From the NCBI GenBank assembly GCA_041665485.1, contig JBAYIT010000001.1:8651-72650 (forward strand): DNA of 64,000 bases. Reading direction: 5' to 3'. Below the pieces are notes generated by a model that made no database searches, was not told the origin of the DNA, and saw nothing but the letters and a program-made list of their open reading frames with translations. Position 1 is the stretch's first letter, and each line of letters starts with the position of its first letter. Of the stretch, positions 1 through 10,115 are shown in pieces. The translations under genes and the position numbers were made by a program. The DNA comes from Candidatus Shapirobacteria bacterium (GTDB taxonomy: Bacteria > Patescibacteriota > Microgenomatia > UBA12405).

Positions 1-6
1 CATTCA

Positions 7-516
7 ATGTGGATGCAAATTGATGTGGTTGATGGTAAATTTACCAGCGGTAAAACTTTTGATCTAGAGCAATTGGCTAGCAAAGAGATCGTCAACAAGG
101 ATTGGTTGTTTGATGTTCATTTAATGGTAGACGATCCGGAAAAATGGATAAACAAAGCAATTATGGCCGGGGCCAGCCGAATCACCGGGCAAGTAGAAAA
201 AATGACTTCGGTGGAAAAATTTGTAGAAAAAGTAAGGGAATATAGAATTGAAGTCGGACTAGGATTTGATATTGAGACACCGGCTGAAAAAATTCCGGAA
301 GGGACGGACTTGATTTTATTAATGGCAAGGGAGGCGGGGTTTGAACCAAAAGAAATTGATGAAAGGGTTTGGGAAAAGATTGAGATGGCAAAAAAATGGG
401 AAATTAAGATCGGGGTTGATGGAGGAATAAAAAAAGAACATATAGCAAAATTAGAAGAAGCGGGGGTGGGTGTTGCTTATGTGGGCAAAGAATATTTAAA
501 TATAGTCAATGAATAA
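7..516 (+). CDS. rpe: Ribulose-phosphate 3-epimerase (probably 5'-truncated by the window edge)
   Basis: Motifs QIDVVDGKF, DVHLMV and GVDGGI match the RPE metal-binding motifs. Confidence 0.85.
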   Translation: MWMQIDVVDGKFTSGKTFDLEQLASKEIVNKDWLFDVHLMVDDPEKWINKAIMAGASRITGQVEKMTSVEKFVEKVREYRIEVGLGFDIETPAEKIPEGTDLILLMAREAGFEPKEIDERVWEKIEMAKKWEIKIGVDGGIKKEHIAKLEEAGVGVAYVGKEYLNIVNE

Positions 517-949
517 ATTAAGTGAAATTGAAATCAAAAAAATGATTGCGGTGGCTATTGAGGCCAGGGGAAATGCTTTTGCACCAAAGTCGAAGCATAA
601 AATCGGCGCCTGTATACTGACGACTGATGGGGAATATTTTGGCGGGTGCAACACCGAGGGAATAATATCCAGCCTTGGGGTGTGCGCGGAAATGTCGGCG
701 ATAGATCATGCAGTGGTTCACGGAAAATACGAATTTAGGGCTTTGGCAGTAGTGGATGAGAAAATTACCTACCCATGTGGCGCTTGCCGGCAGTATTTGG
801 GGCAGTTTTATCAAGTTAATGATGAAGATATCCCGATAATAGTGGCGAAAGAAAATGGAGAATATAAAATAAGTTCGTTACTTAAATTATTACCAGAGGT
901 ATTTTTGACAACAACTTTTAAAGAAAAAATTAGAGCGTTTAAAAAATGA
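509..949 (+). CDS. cdd: Cytidine deaminase
   Basis: CAE and PCGACRQ zinc motifs; NAFAPKS...GCNTE N-terminus. Confidence 0.92.
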   Translation: MNKLSEIEIKKMIAVAIEARGNAFAPKSKHKIGACILTTDGEYFGGCNTEGIISSLGVCAEMSAIDHAVVHGKYEFRALAVVDEKITYPCGACRQYLGQFYQVNDEDIPIIVAKENGEYKISSLLKLLPEVFLTTTFKEKIRAFKK

Positions 950-1527
950 TTAAAACAACAAAAATAATAAAGAGGGTGGCGATATTTGGTGATGCGGAGG
1001 CCAAAGAAACGGAGAAGTATTATCAAGACGCTTTTAAAACGGCCAAATTATTAGCGGAGAATGGCTACATAGTCGTCAATGGCGGGGGGCCTGGGATAAT
1101 GATGGCGGCCACACTGGGGGCAAAGGCGGGGGGCGGAAGAGTAGAGCAAGTAATAATGGACCCTAAAAAAGAGCCGGCCAATTATGAGGGGTCGAGCAAA
1201 AAATCAACCGAGTTTGCTGACTTAGTAATTACGACTGACACGTATCCGGAAAGGTTGAACAAACTAGTAGAAATTGCCGATGCTTTTGTGGTCTGCCGGG
1301 GTGGCACCGGGACACTGTCAGAAATGGCACTGGTGTGGGAATTGGCAAAATTTGAATATGGCCATCATGAACCAATTATATTTTTGGGGGAAGAGTGGAA
1401 AAAGATAGTTGAAGATATAATTAAAGGATTAAAATTTGAGGAGATCGAAAAGAGAGTAGTGACAGTGGTGGAAACACCTGAGGAGGTAATTAAATGTTTA
1501 CTTTTGGCTCACTCCGGGTCGTCGTAG
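946..1527 (+). CDS. LOG family nucleotide phosphoribohydrolase
   Basis: GGGPGIM and RGGTGTLSE (variant of PGGxGTxxE). Confidence 0.85.
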   Translation: MIKTTKIIKRVAIFGDAEAKETEKYYQDAFKTAKLLAENGYIVVNGGGPGIMMAATLGAKAGGGRVEQVIMDPKKEPANYEGSSKKSTEFADLVITTDTYPERLNKLVEIADAFVVCRGGTGTLSEMALVWELAKFEYGHHEPIIFLGEEWKKIVEDIIKGLKFEEIEKRVVTVVETPEEVIKCLLLAHSGSS

Positions 1528-1685
1528 CAACCGCAGTTTTGACACCGGGAGGCAACTGTATTTTCGGAGATGTCCCTTTGTGGTAAAAAATAACAGACAC
1601 TGGTTTGCTGTCCACATAACGGGCAAGCCATGGTATCTAATTCCGTTTCTACAAGCCACTTTTGGACTTGAGTATTATTTTTCAT
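1509..1685 (-). CDS. Small zinc-ribbon protein (start placed at ATG 1685)
   Basis: CPLC...CQNC pairs; fills the gap between flanking genes. Confidence 0.5.
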   Translation of the reverse strand: MKNNTQVQKWLVETELDTMACPLCGQQTSVCYFLPQRDISENTVASRCQNCGCYDDPE

Positions 1686-1803
1686 ATGATTTATTAATTG
1701 TTTATATTGATTATGGATTGGATAAATAGCCAATACTTGATATCTTCATCACAGGAAGGTCACTGACTATATTCAAATTACCGACTGATATAATAATGAT
1801 GTT

Positions 1804-2802
1804 GTGAGCGAAAAAATTTTGCAAGTGAGCGATCTGCCGATGAGTTTTAGGACAGAGGTAATGAGCGAGATTGAAAAAAAATTAGATAAGAATGATGGTT
1901 TACAACTAGTGGCCTTGCCTGGGATGGGAGCGTCGAGCCTTGGAATGCAATTAGCCTCTAATTTTAAGTTTAAATATCGGGTTAACTATGTAAATTTAAA
2001 TTTACTTTTGTTTGGTGATGGTGAAGAGCTACTTCTTAAACTTAAGAAGGGAACGAGTGGTAATGATCCGGTGGTTTTTTATTTGGATCCTTTTGACCGA
2101 TTGGCAAAACTTAACCGACCAGACATTTTATCGCTTTTAATGGGTTGGCGGCAGGAGAACTATGGAAAAATAAAGTATATATTTACACTGGAACAAGAAG
2201 TGACCAAGGCTTATGAATTGAAAAATTTAGAGCCTCTGATAAGTTTAATTGTTCAAGACAGGTATTTCTTACCACCACTCAACAAATCAGACGGAGGGTG
2301 GTTTGCTCGATCGGTGGCTAGTTTACATAAATTAAAAATAGAAAAGGAAGAGGAAGAGTTGATTTGGAAATTAAGTGGCGGACACATGCAACTAATAAAG
2401 CGACTAGTTTGTGCTAAAAGTCGCGGTGTTGTAATTGAGACAATGGAAAAAATAGCACCAACTGATAGCGATGTTATTTACCAATTGGAGAGGATTTTGG
2501 CAACGGGTAATTTTTGTTGTCCGGTTATGAATAACTATTTAAAAAGTAAATTAGACAAAAATGTGGCAGATAATTTAACTTGTTTCGAAGAAAAGTTACT
2601 CAAGTTTTTAAACCGGAATCAAAATAAAATTTGTAGCCGGGATCAAATAATTATGGCGGTTTGGGGAGAGGATGGGCTAGAAAAGGTAAACGATCATGCC
2701 TTGGATCAATTAATCCACAGACTAAGAAAGAAATTGGAGACGACTCCAAATTTAGGAAGACTGGAAATTATTAGAGGGCGGGGGGTGAAGTTGCAGGCAT
2801 AA
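1804..2802 (+). CDS. Degenerate P-loop NTPase domain + C-terminal OmpR/PhoB-type winged-helix regulator
   Basis: ALPGMGASS (Walker A-like, lacks Lys), FYLDPFD (Walker B-like); C-terminal SRDQIIMAVWG...LDQLIHRLRKKLE...IRGRG. Confidence 0.75.
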   Translation: MSEKILQVSDLPMSFRTEVMSEIEKKLDKNDGLQLVALPGMGASSLGMQLASNFKFKYRVNYVNLNLLLFGDGEELLLKLKKGTSGNDPVVFYLDPFDRLAKLNRPDILSLLMGWRQENYGKIKYIFTLEQEVTKAYELKNLEPLISLIVQDRYFLPPLNKSDGGWFARSVASLHKLKIEKEEEELIWKLSGGHMQLIKRLVCAKSRGVVIETMEKIAPTDSDVIYQLERILATGNFCCPVMNNYLKSKLDKNVADNLTCFEEKLLKFLNRNQNKICSRDQIIMAVWGEDGLEKVNDHALDQLIHRLRKKLETTPNLGRLEIIRGRGVKLQA

Positions 2803-3691
2803 TCCAAGGTTGGGAGTTGGAGCGGATCTCAATGGGAAAATAGTCGATGGATGTGATGGCGGATCTGGTGAGAGTAAGGCGGGCGATTTGAGAATGGGAA
2901 GTTTCGTAGGACCAACTTTGATCGAAAATAAAATTACCAAAAGAGTAAAAAATGGGCTTACCTTGGTAGATTTCTGGCGCTTGCCAAACATGAGGGTGAT
3001 GGCCGTGAATAATATCAGCGCCGGCATCAATCATCTGATGAGCTAAATCCACCCGCCATTTTTCCGGTTTGGGCAGATACTCATTACCCCAATGGATAGA
3101 AACAATTAACCAATCAACCGACGGTTTGTATTTTTTAATGGAATCAATTATTTTTTGTGGGTCGGTTTGAGGATAGGTAATGAAATCGTAGCCCAAAAAG
3201 CCAAAAGTAATATTGTTAATGGTTTTGGTATAAAAATTGTCATAAAAATAATCAGTGGTGAGTAGGTTTTTGGTTTGATTCAGACCATCGAGGCCATAGT
3301 TAAGAATATGATTATTGTTAAGATTAAAAACAAAATTATTAAGATAAGGTAAAAATCGAGTGTCGCCACAAAAAGTAAAAGTGCCAGTAAGGCCTTGAGG
3401 GCAATTCTTAATAATCGGACTTTCAAGGTTGGCGAGAGTAAAATCGTTTTGACCAAGCCAAGGGGAAATGCCATCAAAGCTCCAAGAAAAATTGTTTTTG
3501 GATCTAGCAGTAGAAGTGATATGCCGGCCAAGGCCAAGATCACCGACGAGACCAATGGTGGCAATTTGGGTAATAGTTGGGGTTGGGGTGGAAGTCGGGA
3601 AAAAGGGTGTTGGAGTAATTGTTGGGGTAAGAACCGAAGAAGAAGGGAATAAAAGAGAGATGATGCCAACTAAAATAGCTTTTAAGGACAC
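2771..3691 (-). CDS. CapA/PGA_cap family metallophosphatase-like protein
   Basis: GDLGLGR, NLESP, NNHILNYG, HWGNEY, GHHPHV and YSFGNFIFDQ motifs; N-terminal signal and PT linker. Confidence 0.9.
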   Translation of the reverse strand: MSLKAILVGIISLLFPSSSVLTPTITPTPFFPTSTPTPTITQIATIGLVGDLGLGRHITSTARSKNNFSWSFDGISPWLGQNDFTLANLESPIIKNCPQGLTGTFTFCGDTRFLPYLNNFVFNLNNNHILNYGLDGLNQTKNLLTTDYFYDNFYTKTINNITFGFLGYDFITYPQTDPQKIIDSIKKYKPSVDWLIVSIHWGNEYLPKPEKWRVDLAHQMIDAGADIIHGHHPHVWQAPEIYQGKPIFYSFGNFIFDQSWSYETSHSQIARLTLTRSAITSIDYFPIEIRSNSQPWIMPATSPPAL

Positions 3692-3711
3692 AAGAAATTA
3701 TAATAGCTTTT
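3692..3711. promoter_or_regulatory. Overlapping bidirectional -10 elements in a 20-bp divergent intergenic gap
   Basis: ATTATAAT gives TATAAT on + (3699-3704, 7 nt before ATG 3712) and on - (3702-3697, 5 nt before GTG 3691). Confidence 0.6.
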
Positions 3712-4494
3712 ATGAAAAAAATCTTATTGGGGTTAATTTTGGCTTTCACTCTGTCGGGTTGTGATTTGCAATTAAAAAAGGCAGGGGTAGAAATAATCTC
3801 TAAACCAAGTGCAAAAGTAATCATTAACAACAAAGAAGCGGGGATGACACCGTATAAAAATGAGAGCCTAACTCCGGGAGTAGTGAAAGTAAAACTGGTT
3901 TTCGACAAAGGAGAATGGGAAAAAGAAATATTACTGGAAAAAAACGTAACGACGGTGGTTGATTGGGAAAATGAAAATCAGGGAAGTGGTTATATCTTGA
4001 GCCTTGAAAGAACTGGGGATAAAGGAAAATCAGGATTAATGGTCAACGTTGATCCGAACAAGGCAATAATAAGCGTTGACGGGGAGATTCTAGGGTACTC
4101 GCCAATTAAGATTGAGGACATTGGAGTCGGTGATAAACAAATTAAAATATCATTTCCGGGGTTTGGTAGCAAAACATTGTTTGTAAAAGCGAGAGCAGAA
4201 TATCGATTAGTGGTGGAAGCCAAATTAACAAAAGATGAAATTATTCAACCAACACCGACAATGGCATTAACTCAAACAGAAAATCCGGAAGTAAAGATGG
4301 TGACAATCAAAGCAACAGAGACCGGCTGGTTAAGAGTAAGAGAGGAAGCTAATAGTGGATCTAAGGAAAAAGCGAGAGTTAACCCGGGAGAAAAATACGA
4401 ATTAATAAAAAGTGAAGGTGGCTGGGCACAAATAAAATTGAAAAACGGAGAGAGTGGATGGGTATCGGCTAGTTATGTTGATAGCGGCGAATAA
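3712..4494 (+). CDS. Lipoprotein with PEGA domains and C-terminal bacterial SH3 domain
   Basis: Lipobox LSGC; SKPSAKVIIN...GMTPY and DGEILGYSP PEGA-like repeats; WLRVRE...GWVSASYV SH3b pattern. Confidence 0.85.
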   Translation: MKKILLGLILAFTLSGCDLQLKKAGVEIISKPSAKVIINNKEAGMTPYKNESLTPGVVKVKLVFDKGEWEKEILLEKNVTTVVDWENENQGSGYILSLERTGDKGKSGLMVNVDPNKAIISVDGEILGYSPIKIEDIGVGDKQIKISFPGFGSKTLFVKARAEYRLVVEAKLTKDEIIQPTPTMALTQTENPEVKMVTIKATETGWLRVREEANSGSKEKARVNPGEKYELIKSEGGWAQIKLKNGESGWVSASYVDSGE

Positions 4495-5521
4495 AAAAGC
4501 TGAAAGAAATGATGGCAATGCCAATAAAAGTATAAAACTTTTGTTGACTATTGAGGGTGAGAGCAATGACACCAAGAACCAAACTGAAAGTCCAATAAAT
4601 GAGGGCAATTTTACGGCGACTCCAACCGCGATTTAAAAGATAGTGGTGGAGATGGATATTATTAGGTTTAAAGAGAGAATGATAACGAAAGATACGAACA
4701 GTCAAGACAAAAGTGGCGTCCAACATGGGAATACCAAGAAGAAAAATAACAGTGGCCAACTTGGCTCCGGAGAGAATGGCCAAAACAGAAAGAAAAAGAC
4801 CAGCCAAACTTTTACCGCTATACCCTGGCATAATCGATTGGGGGTAAAAATTAAAAGGCAGAAAGCCAAGATAGGCTCCGGAAACGGCCCCAGCAAGAAT
4901 TATGACAGGCCACTGGGTAATGTCGGCAGCATATTTAATACCAAGAATACCGATAAAAAAAGCAGAAATAGAGACGAAACCGGGAAGCTGACCTTCAACT
5001 CCTGCCGACCAGCCAACAATATTCATGCACCAAACTATCCAAAAGACGGCAATAAAGTCTGATAATATCCAAATACTTCTTGGGCCAAAAAGATCAAAAT
5101 AAAAACGAGGATGAGACAGATCAAGAACCCCGCCAAGAGGGTTACTAACGTAAGCGATGCCAATACCGGAAGCAACAACAATAAGGGCGGAAACCAAGTT
5201 GGTAAAGAGCCGTGTTTTAGGGCTTAAATCTTTAAGGTCGTCAATTAAACCAATGACCAGGGTTAGAAAAGCGGAAAATAAGATTGCTAAAAGATGTTTG
5301 TCACCGGGTAAGAATAAAAGCGAGGTAACTAAAACGGAGATAAAGATTGGCAACCCGCCACCCCGGGGTATGGGTTTGAGGGCAGTGGCGTTGTTGGTCT
5401 TCAGTTGCTTCTCCCGAGGATTTTCAATCCAACCATGGCTTTCAAAAAATTTCCGAGTTAATGGAGTTAAGAAAAAAGAGATGACAGCAGAAAGAAAAAT
5501 GGCAATAAATAATTGAGGCAT
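4469..5521 (-). CDS. MraY/WecA (glycosyl transferase family 4) polyprenyl-phosphate sugar-1-phosphate transferase
   Basis: IPRGGG, GLIDD, FLPFNFYP and HLHH motifs; many TM segments. Confidence 0.9.
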   Translation of the reverse strand: MPQLFIAIFLSAVISFFLTPLTRKFFESHGWIENPREKQLKTNNATALKPIPRGGGLPIFISVLVTSLLFLPGDKHLLAILFSAFLTLVIGLIDDLKDLSPKTRLFTNLVSALIVVASGIGIAYVSNPLGGVLDLSHPRFYFDLFGPRSIWILSDFIAVFWIVWCMNIVGWSAGVEGQLPGFVSISAFFIGILGIKYAADITQWPVIILAGAVSGAYLGFLPFNFYPQSIMPGYSGKSLAGLFLSVLAILSGAKLATVIFLLGIPMLDATFVLTVRIFRYHSLFKPNNIHLHHYLLNRGWSRRKIALIYWTFSLVLGVIALTLNSQQKFYTFIGIAIISFSFFIRRYQHN

Positions 5522-5892
5522 TAGGGAAAGAGAGTAATTATCTTGATAATAGGAAAAAGGGAAAGAAGAGAAAAAATAAATGAAGTGGAAATAAGCAGGC
5601 GAGTGAGAAGATGATTTTTTTGGAAAATGAAGGCAAGAAAACTATTAATTAACATAATGGTAATAGAAAAGATTGGTAGTAGGAACAGAAGTGACGGCGG
5701 TGCTAACTGCGATTCTCCCCAAACCAAGGAGCGAAAAAGGGGAATTTGAGGAGGAAAATTGTTGAAAAAAATTATGATGAGAAATAAATCCAAGAAAAAA
5801 ATGAGGATATTCCAACGGAAAAGACGGGAAAGAGGACGATCCTGCCAGAACTGACCAATAAGAGAGAGGTGACTAAGAATTTGTTTGATCAT
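5521..5892 (-). CDS. Small membrane protein
   Basis: Three hydrophobic segments, PPQIPLF motif; coupled to neighbours. Confidence 0.7.
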   Translation of the reverse strand: MIKQILSHLSLIGQFWQDRPLSRLFRWNILIFFLDLFLIIIFFNNFPPQIPLFRSLVWGESQLAPPSLLFLLPIFSITIMLINSFLAFIFQKNHLLTRLLISTSFIFSLLSLFPIIKIITLFP

Positions 5893-7178
5893 AATTGATG
5901 ATAAATAAGAAGCGGGCCGATATTTTTTTCCAGATAATAATAACGGTTGATAAATTGATTAAATTCAGGAAAGGGTTCGGTAGCCTTGGCAACGACGATA
6001 AATTTTGGTTGATTAATTTTAAGGCGATTAATCAAATACTGGTAATCGTTAAACTGATCAACATGAAAGGTAGTAATATATTTGGTAGCGGGTAAACGGT
6101 TGGAGAGGAAATATATTTGAGGATAATTTCCCCAAACATAAAGAAGATCGTTGAGGTTTGAATTTTCCGAAATGAAATTGCTTGCTTGAGAAATTGAAGG
6201 AATATTTTGATCAAAATAAGAAGTAAAATCGGAGCGATAAAAACTTAGATAATAATTTAGAGTGGGATAACGGTAAAAATTAATAGGAAGGATGATAATT
6301 AAATAAGAAAGAAAAACAAAAATAAGGTTTGATAACTTAGGTGACCCCAAAACTAGACAAAAAGCAGGAACAACCTGAATAAGATAGTGGGGGTAGGGAC
6401 GTGAGGAAATTGTTGAAGCGAGGAGAGAGATAAAAAACCAAAGCAGTAAAAAAGAAGAATGGCGGTGGTAGCGAAAAAGAAAAACAACAAATAAGCCGAT
6501 GATGGCCTGGGAAAGAAAAAAATGACTGGACCAGGAAGAAATATAATTATAATTACTTAAAAATGCTGAGGAGATAAAAGAAAGAAGTTGGTGATTGAGG
6601 GCAAAATACACCAGCCAAAGGGAGATTGGGATGGAAAAGCCGAGTAAAGCACGAGGAATAACTTTTGGTTTAATTAGAAACAAAAAAAGAATAAAATCAA
6701 AAACACTTGGTGTTTTGAGAGTAAAGGCGAAACCAAACAGGAGGGCGGAGATAATAATTGACTTTTTCTGAAAATAGAGAAGAAAACCCAAGACTATTGG
6801 TAAAAGATTGATTATTTCGGCGTTGAAAATATTACCCTCGAGCAAGGGGATTGAGGTAAGGATTATAAATAGTAGAGTGGAAATTTTGGCTGATTTAGGT
6901 GATAAAAGCTTCTGGGCTAAGCGATAAAAAAAGAGAGTGGTGGCTCCCATCCAAACAAAAAGGAATAATTTGGCCTGAAAAAGAGAAGTAAAGAAACCAG
7001 AGAGATAATAAAGTGAGGGAGGCTTGTGATCAAAAAGTTGACTATAAAGGAAAAGCCCACGATTAATCCCCTGTCCTATAGCTAGATAGATGTTTTCATC
7101 AAGGTACCAGTATGGTTCAAAAAGAGAGGGTATCCGAAGAAATAAAAAAAGAAACAAAGCAACTAAAAAATATTTCAT
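5889..7178 (-). CDS. GT-C fold (ArnT/PMT-like) membrane glycosyltransferase
   Basis: DENIY, LYSQLFDHKPP motif and multiple TM segments. Confidence 0.8.
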   Translation of the reverse strand: MKYFLVALFLFLFLRIPSLFEPYWYLDENIYLAIGQGINRGLFLYSQLFDHKPPSLYYLSGFFTSLFQAKLFLFVWMGATTLFFYRLAQKLLSPKSAKISTLLFIILTSIPLLEGNIFNAEIINLLPIVLGFLLYFQKKSIIISALLFGFAFTLKTPSVFDFILFLFLIKPKVIPRALLGFSIPISLWLVYFALNHQLLSFISSAFLSNYNYISSWSSHFFLSQAIIGLFVVFLFRYHRHSSFLLLWFFISLLASTISSRPYPHYLIQVVPAFCLVLGSPKLSNLIFVFLSYLIIILPINFYRYPTLNYYLSFYRSDFTSYFDQNIPSISQASNFISENSNLNDLLYVWGNYPQIYFLSNRLPATKYITTFHVDQFNDYQYLINRLKINQPKFIVVAKATEPFPEFNQFINRYYYLEKNIGPLLIYHQL

Positions 7179-8680
7179 ATATTTTTGGCAGTAGTCTTGT
7201 ACTCGATTCTTTTGCCAAGCATTAACTTAGTGTGAGAATGGAGCCCAGGGAGAACAGACATGGTTAGAGTAGCAAGTGGCATAAGTGGCCATTGGAGAAA
7301 ATTGCGGAGAAAAACTTTAAGACCACGTTTTTGGGTTGGAGGGCGGAGTTGCCAGTCAAGAACAATGAGAATAAAAAGAGGAAGAAGACAGATAGTGAGA
7401 ATGACGTTGGAAATCTTAGGGAGATTGAAACCGATAGCGGTTTGAAAGAAGTTGGGATTCATAATTAAAGGAAGGGAAGTACCTAAAGTCAGGATAAACC
7501 AATTACTGGACCAAATAAAATGAGTCTCAAGAAGTTTGCCGATACGTAAAACTCTTCTGATCAGTGGAATTTCCGGATGGTTAACAGCCTGGGAAATAGC
7601 ATAGGGAATATCTATCGCCCCCCAAGCATGGCGTAAACATTGGTTATATCGGTTTTTAAGAGCAGAAAAATAGTTTATACCGTCGGGGGCGTCAACAAGG
7701 GTGGGTAGAAAAATTGGTTCAACACTGGCCTGACCTTGAGAAGAAAAGAAAGCTTGAAGAAAAATATGCCAGTCTTCAGGAATCATGTCAGTATCCCAAT
7801 AACCAACTTGGTTTATAAGGCGATAGGATGAGGAATAACAGGAATAATTAAAGAACAAACCGTCTGGTTCCTGGATGTTGGCAATATGAATAACATTTCC
7901 CATGGTTCCAATTATTCTGATTGGAGCCGGAACAGAGTTAATATTATGGTGCCAAAAAATGGGTGACTGCCAAAAACGGAAATAACGATCCGGCGATGAA
8001 GCAAAATGATAAGTTAGAGCAGAAAAATACTTGGGGTTAAAAACAGTGTCAACATCACAACTGGTCAAAGTAAGTTGATCCAACTTATACTTGCCAGTAT
8101 CGATAAAGTGTTTTTTAAAATATTTGGCGGCCCAAGCTTCATTGCTGTGTTTGCCGGCGGTTTCTCCGGGAATGTTTCCCGGATGTTCGGTAAAAAGTAA
8201 AAGGCCAAATGTTTTATCGTATTTTTTGGTAATATAATCAATTGTCTTTTGGTTATTTTCTTCCCCGGCTCTGGCTTCTTGGCCGATAACAACAATAATT
8301 TTTTTGAGGTCAATGTCAACCTGTTCTTTAAGGCTGGTAACGGCCATTTGATCAATGATCTCAACCGGCTCCTTATAGGAAGAGATAAAAACAACGTGAC
8401 GAATGTCATTGTATTTGAGCCAACTACTTCTAAAGTTAAGTCGAAAAAAATCTAACCAGTTGGTAGATTGAGAAGATTTAATTTTGAAATAACCAATAAT
8501 AGCTAAAATAGCTGATTTAAACGATTGGTAAAGCCAAAAAAGAAGAAAAGCGATAACAAAATAGGCGACAACACGGGGAATCAGCAATGACCCCCAAATT
8601 GGAAAAGTGATGGTTGTCCAGGCAATAATGCCGGGAATCATCTCAAAAAGACGGTATGTTTTGGAATTTTTATTCATCAA
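7175..8680 (-). CDS. Membrane GT2 family glycosyltransferase
   Basis: DVD (DxD), PEDW and QCLRHAWG (QxxRW-like) motifs. Confidence 0.85.
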   Translation of the reverse strand: MMNKNSKTYRLFEMIPGIIAWTTITFPIWGSLLIPRVVAYFVIAFLLFWLYQSFKSAILAIIGYFKIKSSQSTNWLDFFRLNFRSSWLKYNDIRHVVFISSYKEPVEIIDQMAVTSLKEQVDIDLKKIIVVIGQEARAGEENNQKTIDYITKKYDKTFGLLLFTEHPGNIPGETAGKHSNEAWAAKYFKKHFIDTGKYKLDQLTLTSCDVDTVFNPKYFSALTYHFASSPDRYFRFWQSPIFWHHNINSVPAPIRIIGTMGNVIHIANIQEPDGLFFNYSCYSSSYRLINQVGYWDTDMIPEDWHIFLQAFFSSQGQASVEPIFLPTLVDAPDGINYFSALKNRYNQCLRHAWGAIDIPYAISQAVNHPEIPLIRRVLRIGKLLETHFIWSSNWFILTLGTSLPLIMNPNFFQTAIGFNLPKISNVILTICLLPLFILIVLDWQLRPPTQKRGLKVFLRNFLQWPLMPLATLTMSVLPGLHSHTKLMLGKRIEYKTTAKNI

Positions 8681-8732
8681 CTATTTCTGTATATTATAAA
8701 ATAAACTAGAGGAAGACAAAAGCCTTAAACTA

Positions 8733-9518
8733 ATGAGAGTGAAAAACGACGATTTGGTCAATATAATCAAAGAGACAGTATCTCATGCCCACAAATATGG
8801 GCAAATATTAACAATGGACCAATTGGAGACGAGATTGATATCCCCTATCGCCTGGGAAAGGGAGGAGATAAGGAAAGTGGCTTTGAAGGAAAAAATAAAA
8901 TTAAAGACGGGAAACGGTAAAAACAGAGAAGCGAGAAGAAAAACTGAGTTTGTCAGGCAGATTTTTAGAAAGAAGTTTATAGAAGTAGTGCCAATCGAAA
9001 TGGTGGCAGTTACCGGTTCAGTGGCAGCAGGAAACCCGAAAAGCAATGATGATATAGATTTGTTGGTGGTGGCAAGAGCAAACAGAATGTGGCTAGTAAG
9101 GCCACTGATAACAATTTGGTTGCGACTAATGGGAGTTGGAGTAAGAAGGGCGGGGAGCAAAGAAAAGAAGGATGACTTTTGTTTAAACCTGTGGCTGGAA
9201 GATGGCTATTTATTGATTCCAAAGTCAAAACAAACACTTCAAAGTGCGATTGATATGGTCAATATGGTGGTTATCTATGATAAAAATAATGTTAGAGAAA
9301 AGATGACAAATATTAATTTTTGGGCAAAAAGCTTTCTGGCGACAGGAATAAGAAAAATAGCAGAAAAACAGAGTAAGTCATTGATATTTTCCAGTAATTT
9401 CATTTTAGATGGGTTGAATACATTGGCTTTTGTTTGCCAATATCAGTGGATGAGAGATAAAATAACTTCAGAAGTAGTTGGTAAGCATCAAGCTTTCTAT
9501 CATCCTGATAGAATATAG
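8733..9518 (+). CDS. Nucleotidyltransferase-domain protein
   Basis: TGSVA...DDIDLLVV pol-beta superfamily motif. Confidence 0.8.
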   Translation: MRVKNDDLVNIIKETVSHAHKYGQILTMDQLETRLISPIAWEREEIRKVALKEKIKLKTGNGKNREARRKTEFVRQIFRKKFIEVVPIEMVAVTGSVAAGNPKSNDDIDLLVVARANRMWLVRPLITIWLRLMGVGVRRAGSKEKKDDFCLNLWLEDGYLLIPKSKQTLQSAIDMVNMVVIYDKNNVREKMTNINFWAKSFLATGIRKIAEKQSKSLIFSSNFILDGLNTLAFVCQYQWMRDKITSEVVGKHQAFYHPDRI

Positions 9519-9524
9519 GGTGGT

Positions 9525-10115
9525 ATGCGACGAATTATATTTTCCTTGATATTATTGTCCCTTGGGGGGTTAATTCTTTTTTTGTCATTGGTAAGAGCCG
9601 GCTGGGAGGCAACAGTGATAAACAGAGATATTGGTGGTTTAAGGACAGAACCGATATTTTTTGAAGTGTTGGGGCCAGATGGAGGAGTTAACGAGAGATG
9701 CTACAAAACTCCTAACTCGGTAATATTGCCTGGTGGGCCAGCTTACCGACTAAAAGAATTGAGAGATTTCATTTGGTACAAATTAGCAAATAACCCCGTA
9801 GCCAAGTTTAGAATGGCACTGCTGATTGCCGACAAAAGAATAGGTGAGGCAATAAAGATGGAACAAGACGATAATTTTAGTGGGGATGATTTTGCAGTAG
9901 TAGCAAAAGAGGCGGTTGACTGGTTGTCAACAGCAAGCCGTTTAGCAAAAGACATTGAATCAAAAAATCAAATTAGTCAGGCCAGTTTAGCTTATCGCCA
10001 CGAAATAGAAGAAGCCAGAGTAAAATGGGGAAACAATGGTGTAGAATACCTCGAACTACTGAAAAAATTGAAAGCAATTGATGACCAAAATTTTGAAACG
10101 TCTAAAAATAACTAA
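9525..10115 (+). CDS. Membrane-anchored protein (DUF5667-like)
   Basis: N-terminal TM; ILPGGPAYRLK...ADKRIGEA pattern. Confidence 0.6.
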   Translation: MRRIIFSLILLSLGGLILFLSLVRAGWEATVINRDIGGLRTEPIFFEVLGPDGGVNERCYKTPNSVILPGGPAYRLKELRDFIWYKLANNPVAKFRMALLIADKRIGEAIKMEQDDNFSGDDFAVVAKEAVDWLSTASRLAKDIESKNQISQASLAYRHEIEEARVKWGNNGVEYLELLKKLKAIDDQNFETSKNN

